DNA of 64,000 nucleotides. It comes from an uncultured Lentimicrobiaceae bacterium. Its GTDB lineage: Bacteria; Bacteroidota; Bacteroidia; Bacteroidales; F082. The notes under the pieces were generated by a model. The model was not told the origin of the DNA and searched no databases. It saw only the letters and a program-made list of their open reading frames with translations. Position numbers and translations under genes: made by a program. Positions within the stretch are counted from its first letter, which is position 1. Each line of letters opens with the position of its first letter. This document shows, piece by piece, positions 1-8,957 of this stretch. The stretch is taken from assembly GCA_964509065.1 (NCBI GenBank), contig CAZDWA010000002.1, forward strand, positions 19,049-83,048, read 5' to 3'.

Positions 1-1928
1 AAGCCCATGGCACTCATTATCAACCATGCCGACATTTGTCCGCAGTCTTCATTTCCGCTTAGTCCATCCGGATGATGGGTATATAATTCATCCATAATTT
101 GCCGTACGCGCTGCTGTGTTTTCCACGGGCTTCCGACAAAATTATACAAGTAAGCCATATGATGACTTGGTTCATTACCTTGGGCATATTGTCCGATTAA
201 TCCGGTGATATCTTTCATATCACGACCACCAACTTCTACCTCCGTGCCAAAAAGCTCGTCAATTTTAGCTTCAAGCTGTTCTTTCCCTCCATGAAAATCA
301 CTAAATCCTTTGATATCTTGTGGCACATAAAAGCTATAATGCCATGAGTTGGCTTCGGTAAAATGCCAGTCCACTACGGTAGGATCAAAAGGAGTAAGCC
401 AGTTGCCGTTCAATTTAGGACGCATAAAGCCGGTTTGCGGATCGAAAATATTCTTCCAATACTGTGCTCTTCTTATGAATTCACGATATACATCATCACG
501 CCCAAGGTCTTTTGCCATCATGGCGATACACCAGTCATTGTATGCATATTCCAATGTTTTAGAGATGGATTCATGCTCTTTATCTCCGGCAATATAACCG
601 TCTTGCCTGTACACATCCAGCCCAAATTTATCCGTATTTGCACTGTGTAACATGGCATCCAAGGCTTTATTGCCATCAAAATTGCGTATCCCTTTCATCC
701 ATGCATCGGCAATAACGCTTATGCTGTGATTCCCTATCATACAATAGGTTTCATTGCCTGCCAGCTCCCAAATGGGAAGCAGCCCGCCTTGTTCATACAT
801 TCGCATCATGGTATGTATGAAATCGACTGTTCGCTCTTGCTCAATAATTGTCATAAGCGGATGCCAGGCACGATAAGTATCCCAAAGCGAAAACACGGTA
901 TAATGTGTAGCCCCATCCGATTGATGAATCTCCCGGTCCATTCCTCTATATCTGCCGTCGACATCCATAAAAGTATTGGGCTGCAGCATGGCATGATACA
1001 TAGCAGTATAAAACACTTTGTTTTGTGTATTTGCGCCGGCTTTTACTTTAATCTTGCTTACTTCCTTATTCCAGCTGTCAAAAGCCTGCTTACGCACTTC
1101 TTTAAAATTCCATTCAGGTATTTCGGCATGCAGATTTTGTAATGCACCGGCTTCATCCACGGCAGAAAGCGATACTTTCACTTCAATAACTTCATCTGCT
1201 TCGGTTTGAAAACCTACAAAAGCTTTAATATTCGTTCCATCAGCTTTTTCAAGGCCTTGCTGCAAAACATCATTTATTGCAATGCCTTTTGTTTCAAATG
1301 GCTTGGAAAATTCCATATGAAAGTACCAAATCATGTCTTTTGCCCAATTGCTTGAGCGACGCATACCGCGTATTTCGGTAGGACTTACAAATTCAAACCA
1401 CGAATCCAACACAAAATCACGATGTTGGAGGTCAATAATTATATTGGCTTGTGCTGTTTCAGGGAATGTATATCGATGATATCCCACCCGGGTGCTAGCC
1501 GTCATTTCAGCCAAAACCTGTGGTTTATCCAAAAATACACTATAATATCCGGCTTCGGCTTTTTCATTTTCTTTTTGGAAAGGAGAATTGTATTCCGTAT
1601 TTAAAAACACCGGCTCTCCCACTAAGGGCATCAATAAAATATCTCCGTAATCGCCAACTCCCGTGCCATTAAGCGCAGTATGCGCAAATCCGTAAAGTAT
1701 GTTATCGGTATAATGGTATCCTGAACAGCCATCCCAGCCATCGAGTCGCGTTTGAGGGCTTAGCTGTACCATTCCAAAAGGCGTGGTGGCACCCGGATAA
1801 GTGTGTCCATGTGCATCAGTCCCAATGAAAGGGTCAATATAGGATGCAGGCTCCATCTGTGGCTGCTCTGCGCAGGAATAGATGAAAAATATACTGAAGA
1901 AAATGAAAATATGTGCGAATCTGTTCAT
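1..1928 (-). CDS. GH92 family alpha-mannosidase (lipoprotein); the 3' end runs off the window
   Basis: The minus-strand reading frame is open from the ATG at 1928 to the window edge. It is absent from the ORF track because no stop lies in the window. My translation starts MNRFAHIFIFFSIFFIYSC (lipoprotein-type signal). It contains DPFIGTDAHGHTYPGATTPFGMVQLSP and ends ...HPDGLSGNEDCGQMSAWLIMSAMG, both hallmarks of GH92. Confidence 0.85.
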   Translation of the reverse strand, partial: MNRFAHIFIFFSIFFIYSCAEQPQMEPASYIDPFIGTDAHGHTYPGATTPFGMVQLSPQTRLDGWDGCSGYHYTDNILYGFAHTALNGTGVGDYGDILLMPLVGEPVFLNTEYNSPFQKENEKAEAGYYSVFLDKPQVLAEMTASTRVGYHRYTFPETAQANIIIDLQHRDFVLDSWFEFVSPTEIRGMRRSSNWAKDMIWYFHMEFSKPFETKGIAINDVLQQGLEKADGTNIKAFVGFQTEADEVIEVKVSLSAVDEAGALQNLHAEIPEWNFKEVRKQAFDSWNKEVSKIKVKAGANTQNKVFYTAMYHAMLQPNTFMDVDGRYRGMDREIHQSDGATHYTVFSLWDTYRAWHPLMTIIEQERTVDFIHTMMRMYEQGGLLPIWELAGNETYCMIGNHSISVIADAWMKGIRNFDGNKALDAMLHSANTDKFGLDVYRQDGYIAGDKEHESISKTLEYAYNDWCIAMMAKDLGRDDVYREFIRRAQYWKNIFDPQTGFMRPKLNGNWLTPFDPTVVDWHFTEANSWHYSFYVPQDIKGFSDFHGGKEQLEAKIDELFGTEVEVGGRDMKDITGLIGQYAQGNEPSHHMAYLYNFVGSPWKTQQRVRQIMDELYTHHPDGLSGNEDCGQMSAWLIMSAMG

Positions 1929-1962
1929 GCTAATAAAGGTTTTAAAACTGTGTTTTTTACAA

Positions 1963-3081
1963 TTATTTCTTTTCCAACTCATTCACTGCGAAGGCATATG
2001 CTCCCAATGCAATAGCTTTATTGGTTCCCAACACCGAACTGCCGATACCTACCCATTTCAAGGGGGAATATGCTACAGTTTTCTCGGAAAAAGGAACGGG
2101 AATTTGTTTTGAAGTTTGTTTTAATATTGCTTTTACCGTTTGTTCGTCATCGAGATTCACGGCTACCGACTCAAGGCGGGTCACTTTATGACCTTTTTCT
2201 GTTTCATAAAAGCCATTCACAACCTCTACAGCCTTTTCCAAAAATAAGGGCGCCGCATTTGCAACCCCACCTCCTATCACAATTATCCCATCGGTAAGTG
2301 TGATTAGCTCGGCCATCACCAAGCCCAAGGCTTCACCCAATAAATTAAAGGATTCGAGGGCTGCATTTCTGTTTCCGGATTTTTGAGCTGTAGCAATTTC
2401 ATAAATATCGCGCGGCTGCAATTCTTCTGTCTCTTCAATGCCACTTAATCGATAATAATTGTTTGTCACCGCCCTGATGCTGATACTTTCTTCTGCAAAT
2501 AGGCTAGCATTCAAGGGGTTACGCATTAGCCACACTTCGGCACCCGCTCCATTGTCACCAAGCCATAATTCGTTGTTACGCACCAAGCCACCGCCAAAAC
2601 CAGTACCGATAGTCAATCCCATCAGGTTGGAGAATTTTTTATTGCTACCGTTCTTTTCCAACAAAGCGTTTAGCACAGGTAATAACCCATAACGAGCTTC
2701 ACCGTATGCGAATAAATCACCGTCATTATTAATAAATACCGGAATATTAAAATGTTCCTCCAGCATAGGCCCAAGGGCAACGCCTCCTCGGAAAGCCGGC
2801 AGATTTCCCAAATCACCAATAATACCCGCCGCATAATCGGCCGGTCCCGGAAATGCAAAACTAATTGCCGAAGCCGATTTGCCCAGCTTTTCATACACGC
2901 TTTCAAAACCTTGAATAATTGTGTGTAAACATTTCTCGAGATTATCGGCATTTGAAGGAAATGTAACGGGGGAAACAACCTCTTGCGCATCTCGAATTGC
3001 AGAAAAGACAAAATTAGTGCCACCGGCATCCAATGTCATCACGGTAGGCGAAAAAGATGTGGGTTTACTCATAGTACTCAT
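1963..3081 (-). CDS. ROK family sugar kinase (glucose/mannose/hexosamine kinase-like)
   Basis: 372-aa ORF. Motifs are TLDAGGTNFVFSAI (phosphate-1), FINNDGDLFAYGE and GLTIGTGFGGGLV. I saw no ROK zinc CxCGxxGC motif. It lies directly upstream of and co-oriented with the GH92 gene. Confidence 0.7.
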   Translation of the reverse strand: MSTMSKPTSFSPTVMTLDAGGTNFVFSAIRDAQEVVSPVTFPSNADNLEKCLHTIIQGFESVYEKLGKSASAISFAFPGPADYAAGIIGDLGNLPAFRGGVALGPMLEEHFNIPVFINNDGDLFAYGEARYGLLPVLNALLEKNGSNKKFSNLMGLTIGTGFGGGLVRNNELWLGDNGAGAEVWLMRNPLNASLFAEESISIRAVTNNYYRLSGIEETEELQPRDIYEIATAQKSGNRNAALESFNLLGEALGLVMAELITLTDGIIVIGGGVANAAPLFLEKAVEVVNGFYETEKGHKVTRLESVAVNLDDEQTVKAILKQTSKQIPVPFSEKTVAYSPLKWVGIGSSVLGTNKAIALGAYAFAVNELEKK

Positions 3082-3317
3082 TTTGAATGGAGTAGCTTTA
3101 TAATTAAAGATGTTACCAAGCTAAAAGTTCCATTGAACAATGGCAAAAATACAAAATATCTAAACCGATTTAGTCAATTGATGAATATTTTTTATTCACT
3201 ATCCAAAAAAAGAATTTTAACAAATTTTTGCTTTTTCAGGGAATTAGCCGTACTTTTATTTCGCAATTGAAAGTATTTCATTTATAGGAATTTAAACCAA
3301 AATTAAAACAAGCACAT

Positions 3318-4775
3318 ATGGCAAAAGTAGTAGTACTTGGCGCCGGCATTTCTGGACATACTGCAGCGGCTTTCCTAAAGAAGAAACTAGGCAAGAAGCA
3401 TGAAGTAGTTGTTGTCAGTCCGGCTTCATATTATCAATGGATTCCATCCAATATTTGGGTAGGAATCGGGAAGATGAGTGTGGATCAGGTGCGGTTTAAG
3501 TTGAAGCGCGTATACGACCGCTGGAAGATCGACTTTAAGCAAGCCAAAGCGACGGCCATCTATCCGGATGGCTGTGCCGAGCTGGACCAAGCATGCGTAG
3601 CTATCGAATACACATCTCCCGAGCGAAAGGGAGAAACGGAACTTGTGAGTTACGATTTTCTTGTGAATGCCACCGGACCTAAATTAAACTTTGCGGCAAC
3701 CGAAGGTTTGGGACCCGACAAGCATACTGTTTCCGTTTGCTCATACGATCATGCTGCACATGCGTGGGAGCAACTGCAACTATGTATTGAACGGATGAAA
3801 CAAGGTGAGCATCTTAAATTTTTAATAGGCACAGGGCATGCCACAGCCACTTGTCAAGGTGCAGCATTTGAGTATGCACTGAATGTGGCGCACACCATCA
3901 ATAAGCTGGGTTTGCAAGATAAGGCAGAGATTACTTGGATTTCCAATGAATATGAACTGGGCGATTTCGGTATGGGGGGCGCTTTCATCAAGCGAGGCGG
4001 CTATATTATTCCCACCAAAATATTTAGTGAATCTATTTTTGCAGAATACGGCATCAAATGGATTAAACGTGCAGCAGTCAATCGCATTGAAAAGGGTCTT
4101 GCACACTATGAAACCCTCGACGGGGAATTCAAATCCGCAGCTTTTGATTTTGCCATGCTGATACCTCCTTTTTCGGGAGTAGATATAAAAGCCTTTGCAA
4201 AAGATGGAAGTGATATCAGCGATAAACTATTTGCTCCCAACGGATTTATGAAAGTAGATGCCGATTACAGCCCGAAAGATTTTGAAGACTGGAACGTAAA
4301 TGACTGGCCATCCACCTATCAAAATCCCGATTATCCCAATATTTTTGCTGCAGGGATTGCATTTGCGCCTCCGCATGGAATTTCAAAGCCGCTCAAAAGT
4401 CCGAACGGCACGCTTATTACGCCCGCACCGCCAAGGACAGGAATGCCTTCAGGTGTTATTGGCAAGATTATTGCACTAAATATTGTAGGATTAATTAAGC
4501 ATAACCGCAAAGAATTTAAGCATAAAGCCTCCATGGGGCGCATGGGTGCAGCTTGTATTATCTCGGCCGGCTACGGCATGCTGAAAGGAAATGCAGCTAC
4601 CATGACAGTATTCCCCATCGTGCCGGACTGGAAGAAATATCCGGACTGGGGACGCGATTTAAGTTATACAATTGGTGAAGCAGGACTGGCAGGACACTGG
4701 GTCAAAATCTTCCTGCATTATATGTTTATCCACAAAGCAAAAGGCTATCCGTTTTGGTGGCTTATTCCGGAATAA
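3318..4775 (+). CDS. FAD-dependent pyridine nucleotide-disulfide oxidoreductase, sulfide:quinone oxidoreductase (SQR)-like
   Basis: 485-aa ORF. The N-terminal Rossmann motif is VVVLGAGISGHTAA. ATCQGAAFEY resembles the SQR redox-Cys region, with PPRTGMPSG and GAACIISAG further on. A DUF302 gene is nearby. Confidence 0.6.
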   Translation: MAKVVVLGAGISGHTAAAFLKKKLGKKHEVVVVSPASYYQWIPSNIWVGIGKMSVDQVRFKLKRVYDRWKIDFKQAKATAIYPDGCAELDQACVAIEYTSPERKGETELVSYDFLVNATGPKLNFAATEGLGPDKHTVSVCSYDHAAHAWEQLQLCIERMKQGEHLKFLIGTGHATATCQGAAFEYALNVAHTINKLGLQDKAEITWISNEYELGDFGMGGAFIKRGGYIIPTKIFSESIFAEYGIKWIKRAAVNRIEKGLAHYETLDGEFKSAAFDFAMLIPPFSGVDIKAFAKDGSDISDKLFAPNGFMKVDADYSPKDFEDWNVNDWPSTYQNPDYPNIFAAGIAFAPPHGISKPLKSPNGTLITPAPPRTGMPSGVIGKIIALNIVGLIKHNRKEFKHKASMGRMGAACIISAGYGMLKGNAATMTVFPIVPDWKKYPDWGRDLSYTIGEAGLAGHWVKIFLHYMFIHKAKGYPFWWLIPE

Positions 4776-4808
4776 TTAATAAATGAATTTTAAATAATAA
4801 GAAATATC

Positions 4809-4967
4809 ATGGCAAAAAATATAGTTAGAGGATATTACGAAGAATCCTATCCGCCCGTACCTACCCGGCAAACCCGCTTTTGGCGACGCAATGTATTATG
4901 GCAACTATGGCGATTCATAGTACTGAACCTCAAGATGATGCGCATTATTGTTGGAGGACACTCTTAA
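4809..4967 (+). CDS. small hypothetical protein (52 aa) following the SQR-like gene
   Basis: Below the cut-off of the ORF track. Hand translation is MAKNIVRGYYEESYPPVPTRQTRFWRRNVLWQLWRFIVLNLKMMRIIVGGHS. The ATG lies 33 nt after the SQR-like stop on the same strand. The C-terminal half is hydrophobic/amphipathic. Confidence 0.25.
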   Translation: MAKNIVRGYYEESYPPVPTRQTRFWRRNVLWQLWRFIVLNLKMMRIIVGGHS

Positions 4968-4983
4968 AATATAATTAAAAAAT

Positions 4984-5014
4984 AAATGGGCAAAGTCACT
5001 AACTTTACCCATTT
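4984..5014. terminator. possible hairpin terminator between convergent genes
   Basis: AAATGGG (4984-4990) pairs with CCCATTT (5008-5014) around a 17-nt loop. The long loop makes this a weak call. Confidence 0.3.
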
Positions 5015-5042
5015 CGTATTAATCTAATATATTTACTAATTC

Positions 5043-5522
5043 TTATTTAGAAAGAAGTACATCAATGATTTCACCGCTTTCGCGAGAAGCATCTTTCATA
5101 ACTTCCGGCACTACACCGCTCATCAAGCTTCCCATAAGTCCGGTATTCATCCATGAGACATATACTTTTCCGTCTGATTTTTCATAAATGGAAACGCGGC
5201 AAGGCATCATGGAAGTTACAAGTCTTTCTTGATCTTGCATTAGTACTTTATTGGCATGTTCGGGATGACAAAGTTCAAAAACTTTCACTTTATTTACCTT
5301 ATGGCCGTGTTTTGCCATGGTAGCTTGCAAATCATGCACTGTAGGAATGCTCCATCCTTTACTTACAGTAGTAGATTCAAATAATTCTACTGCTTGTTCA
5401 AAATTAAGATTAAGCTGTTTTTCTTTCATCATCATGGACTCCGCACTCATGTATAACACAAGAAACGTAATTAGAATACCAACAAGAAGTCCAATTAATC
5501 CATAAATAACAGTCTGTTTCAT
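5043..5522 (-). CDS. DUF302 domain protein with N-terminal membrane anchor
   Basis: 159-aa ORF. It has an N-terminal TM segment (VIYGLIGLLVGILITFLVLY). The DUF302-like core contains ELCHPEHANKVL and MMPCRVSIYEKSDGKVYVSWMN. Confidence 0.75.
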   Translation of the reverse strand: MKQTVIYGLIGLLVGILITFLVLYMSAESMMMKEKQLNLNFEQAVELFESTTVSKGWSIPTVHDLQATMAKHGHKVNKVKVFELCHPEHANKVLMQDQERLVTSMMPCRVSIYEKSDGKVYVSWMNTGLMGSLMSGVVPEVMKDASRESGEIIDVLLSK

Positions 5523-5632
5523 AACATTAAATTTTTTGATTTTTATCTTTTAATTTCCGGCTGCAAAGTTAAGATGTCACAGCATCATAAGCACTTATAC
5601 ATGTATTACAATAAAATGGCTTATAGGCTTGG

Positions 5633-5658
5633 ATTTGATAACAAAAAGCTTATCAAAT
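5633..5658. promoter_or_regulatory. perfect 9-bp inverted repeat (candidate operator) between the divergent DUF302 and Crp/Fnr genes
   Basis: ATTTGATAA (5633-5641), an 8-nt spacer, then TTATCAAAT (5650-5658). It contains TTGAT...ATCAA half-sites, but with wider spacing than a classical FNR box. Confidence 0.35.
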
Positions 5659-5713
5659 CATAATTTTTGCTTATTTTTGACTTGATATCACATCATAATA
5701 TCTCCTTGTATCT

Positions 5714-6379
5714 ATGGATATTCATCAAACAGCGCATTGTTTCACCTTTTTAAATAAGCAGGAAAGGGATTTTCTCGAAAATAAGAAAAATCAAATTTCT
5801 TATTTGAAGAATGAATTGATTTTCAAGCAGAATGCATTAAATCCAAATGTATATTTTGTATTATCGGGTTTTATCAAAATTTACATAGAAACCGGGAAAA
5901 ATAAACGCCTTACAATTCATATTGCTTCGGCAGGTGAGTTTTTGGCTTTATCCGGCTTATTTGCCCACAACAAACACCAATGCTCGGCGAGTGCGCTTAC
6001 GGATGCGACTGTTTGTTTACTTGATAAAAACGGATTGCAGGAGCTTTTAAATAATAATAAGCAGTTTCTGCTTTTTTTAACAAACAAAACGCTTGAACTT
6101 GAACAGCGTTTGATTGAGGTCATTAAAAATGTCACCTACAAACAAATGCGTGGTAAATTAGCTTCTGCGCTGCTTTACTTAAGTACCATAAACCATGAAA
6201 AAGGCAATGTAACCCAGCTTATGAGCCGTCAAGAAATTGCTGATTTTTCAGGCATCACACTTGAAAGTGCAGTGTCTTTCATCAAGGAATTTGCAAATGA
6301 GCACATCATTTCACTTAATGGTAAAGCCATTGAAATTAAAGACAGAAATAAGCTGGAAATGATTTCGGAAAAGGGCTGA
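5714..6379 (+). CDS. Crp/Fnr family transcriptional regulator
   Basis: 221-aa ORF. It has an N-terminal cNMP-binding-like beta-roll and a C-terminal HTH (SRQEIADFSGITLESAVSFIKEF). Confidence 0.8.
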   Translation: MDIHQTAHCFTFLNKQERDFLENKKNQISYLKNELIFKQNALNPNVYFVLSGFIKIYIETGKNKRLTIHIASAGEFLALSGLFAHNKHQCSASALTDATVCLLDKNGLQELLNNNKQFLLFLTNKTLELEQRLIEVIKNVTYKQMRGKLASALLYLSTINHEKGNVTQLMSRQEIADFSGITLESAVSFIKEFANEHIISLNGKAIEIKDRNKLEMISEKG

Positions 6380-6635
6380 GTTTCGCAAGCTCATTTACCA
6401 CAAAAACAAGAAAAAGCTTAGGGCTTTTTTTGGAGTGCTTTTGTTTTATTCGTCTATTACAACTGCTCACACTTACTCGCAGAAAAGCATTGTAATAGCT
6501 TTTCCATCCTGATATTAAATCATTACGTATTATTGATAAAAGGGCATTCTTAAAACTATATTATCTCAAAACATTAGTAGTGTTTAAGTTGAAAAAAACA
6601 ATAACTTTACACCATGAAAAGAATGCAAAAGCTAC

Positions 6636-8750
6636 TTGCCGTTTTTTTGTTGCTGTTTTCACTACCAATTAATTGGAGTAAGTGCAAATGACACAACTTT
6701 TGTTTGGCCTGTTAAAGGGGAATCGGTCGGATTAAATATTTTGTATAAACCGAACGATTATCTGTCAGGTGAACATATTTTTAGCGATTTAATTATTGCT
6801 ACACATTTAAAGGACACTATTATTTCTCCTGTGGATGGCATTATAACAAGTTTTCATTTCACTTATAAGCACTCTTTGAGTAGCGGTGTTGCATATGATC
6901 CGGCATATTATTTCGATAAAAAGGCAGATTCAGCTTTGAATAACAATAGGAATCTTGAAATACAAGGCTCAAAGTACTTTACAGCCACAATTGCATTATT
7001 GAATAAAGATGGCAGAAAAATCTACCTTACCGGTTTTATCCCCTACAGATGGTTTAAAACCGGTGAAAAGCTTCGTAAGGGAGATATTCTCGGAAACGCA
7101 TCTTATGCCTACCATAAAATCTCTGAGCCATGCATATTTATCAGCATATCAAAAAATGCTGTTCCGGATGACCCTATGACTCCTTTCGGTTTAAAAACCT
7201 CCTTTAAAGCAGTTAAGAAAAACAATAAAGTGATGATTTCTGAGACTGAAATGCTTGAAGATATGAAGATTTTAGAAACATCACTTAGGGAAGGGCACCC
7301 CGGGCTTTTTGATTATTTGAGTAAGTCCGAGTTTCAGCTGGCAATTGAACGTTTGAGGCAAAAAACAAGTACAATTACCAGTATACAGGAATTTAAGAAG
7401 CAAATTGATGGTTTCTTACGATTAATAAGAGATAGCCATTTATCTGTAATCAATACAGAACAAATGGTTGTTCCTCCATTTACAACCTGGCCGGCTGTGA
7501 GCTTTGGATTCCTGAATGATAGTTTGATAATAGACAGAGCTGCAGCAGAGTTTACTGATTATCTTGGTCGAAGAATCAGTCAGGTGAATGGTTTTGAACC
7601 AGATACAATCAAACAAGTTATTAAACGGACTATAGGTGAGCATGATGGGTATGTTGAAAGCTATCCGGATTTTGTACTGTTGACCTTAACAAGTATCAGG
7701 TTTTTCCGTGAGTTTTTTCCTTCCGAAGAATCCCGTGATTTGATGATAAGGTTTTATGATGGTGAAACAGTGGAATTTAAAGGAGAAAGGCATCGTAGCA
7801 ATTCTTGTATTAAATATTATCCTTCAATTAGAGAGTATTATATTTATCCTAAAGAAAAATTCTTTACTAAGATGATTTCAGATTCTGTTGCGCATATTGC
7901 TTTGGGTACTTTTGATCTGAATGATATTGAAATGATTGAAATACAAGATTTTATACATTCATTAAATACTAAAAACTGTACAAACCTGATTATCGATTTA
8001 CGAAACAATTACGGTGGAAATTCGGAGAATCTTAACACACTTTTTGATCTTATTTCGCCACACTCTTTCAGTGAAGGTGATCAGATGGTTGTTAATAGTA
8101 ATACAGGCTATTCATTCTTTCAGTACACAGATAATTACAATATAAATGATTCATTGTTTAAAGATTACTATTCAATTGATGGTAAAAGTGGTTACTTCTT
8201 TGATACCAAACTCATAGAAAAGAAATTCAGTGATGATCAAACATTTAAAGGAAACGTATTTGTTTTAGTGAACGAAAGATCTTTTTCAGCCTCAGCTGTA
8301 TTTGCCGGATTGGTTAAAAAATATAAACGTGGATTAATTATAGGAAGAGAAACGGGTTCAACTTATTATCAAATTAACGCATCGCGTTTTGCAAATCTTA
8401 TGCTTCCTAATTCAATGATCAAAGTACAGATTCCTCTTATTAAAATCGTTTTCGATTCTGTAATAAGACATGGGATACCTTGGGGTAGAGGTGTTATGCC
8501 TGATTATTATATTGATTTTACTTTAGATGAACTGGCATGGGAGCATGATACGATTTTAAATGCAGCAATTAGCTTTGCAGGTTTACCTTACAATGCATTT
8601 GACAACCAAATAGATGAAACTGAGTCATTATTATCGGAAGAAGTGACTCCTCAATTCAGCTTTACAAGAAATCACAAGTATTTAGGAATTGCCATTATCA
8701 GCCTTATTGTACTTTCTCTATTTTACTTTAAGTTTAAAAAGAAAGTTTAA
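6636..8750 (+). CDS. S41 family peptidase with C-terminal TM anchor; the true start is unresolved because the signal peptide lies in another frame
   Basis: 704-aa ORF that begins only at a TTG. The S41 core contains LIIDLRNNYGGN and VFVLVNERSFSASAVFAG. The N-terminal part (VWPVKGES...ISPVDGII) looks like a degenerate M23/LytM fold with no HxxxD seen. The C-terminal TM segment is LGIAIISLIVLSLFYF. The ATG at 6614 encodes a good signal peptide, but in a different frame. Confidence 0.7.
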   Translation: MPFFCCCFHYQLIGVSANDTTFVWPVKGESVGLNILYKPNDYLSGEHIFSDLIIATHLKDTIISPVDGIITSFHFTYKHSLSSGVAYDPAYYFDKKADSALNNNRNLEIQGSKYFTATIALLNKDGRKIYLTGFIPYRWFKTGEKLRKGDILGNASYAYHKISEPCIFISISKNAVPDDPMTPFGLKTSFKAVKKNNKVMISETEMLEDMKILETSLREGHPGLFDYLSKSEFQLAIERLRQKTSTITSIQEFKKQIDGFLRLIRDSHLSVINTEQMVVPPFTTWPAVSFGFLNDSLIIDRAAAEFTDYLGRRISQVNGFEPDTIKQVIKRTIGEHDGYVESYPDFVLLTLTSIRFFREFFPSEESRDLMIRFYDGETVEFKGERHRSNSCIKYYPSIREYYIYPKEKFFTKMISDSVAHIALGTFDLNDIEMIEIQDFIHSLNTKNCTNLIIDLRNNYGGNSENLNTLFDLISPHSFSEGDQMVVNSNTGYSFFQYTDNYNINDSLFKDYYSIDGKSGYFFDTKLIEKKFSDDQTFKGNVFVLVNERSFSASAVFAGLVKKYKRGLIIGRETGSTYYQINASRFANLMLPNSMIKVQIPLIKIVFDSVIRHGIPWGRGVMPDYYIDFTLDELAWEHDTILNAAISFAGLPYNAFDNQIDETESLLSEEVTPQFSFTRNHKYLGIAIISLIVLSLFYFKFKKKV

Positions 8751-8957
8751 CAATTATAAGATTAAGGCATTCTATTGAAAAATCTATTTATGCTTACTTT
8801 TATCTTATAAGATATAAATATACTAATTCGACAAATTAGCACGAATATTCTAAGTTGAAAACCCAATAATTCTCAACATTTTTTTTCAGAACTCTCTCTA
8901 AAAAAACTTAGGTTGTACGTTCTTACTAGGTTTTATCCAACCATAAATCTATTCGCT

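Noticed and set aside
349-2112. Several 60-140-aa plus-strand ORFs in the first 2 kb (for example 726..1142).
   Set aside because: They lie antisense to a continuous minus-strand frame with unmistakable GH92 motifs. They are shadow ORFs.
8800-8830. A 12-bp perfect palindrome, ATCTTATAAGAT, downstream of the S41 peptidase gene, plus other short AT-rich palindromes in intergenic DNA.
   Set aside because: Short AT-only palindromes are expected by chance in AT-rich spacers. It has no loop, no flanking U-tract and is not repeated elsewhere.
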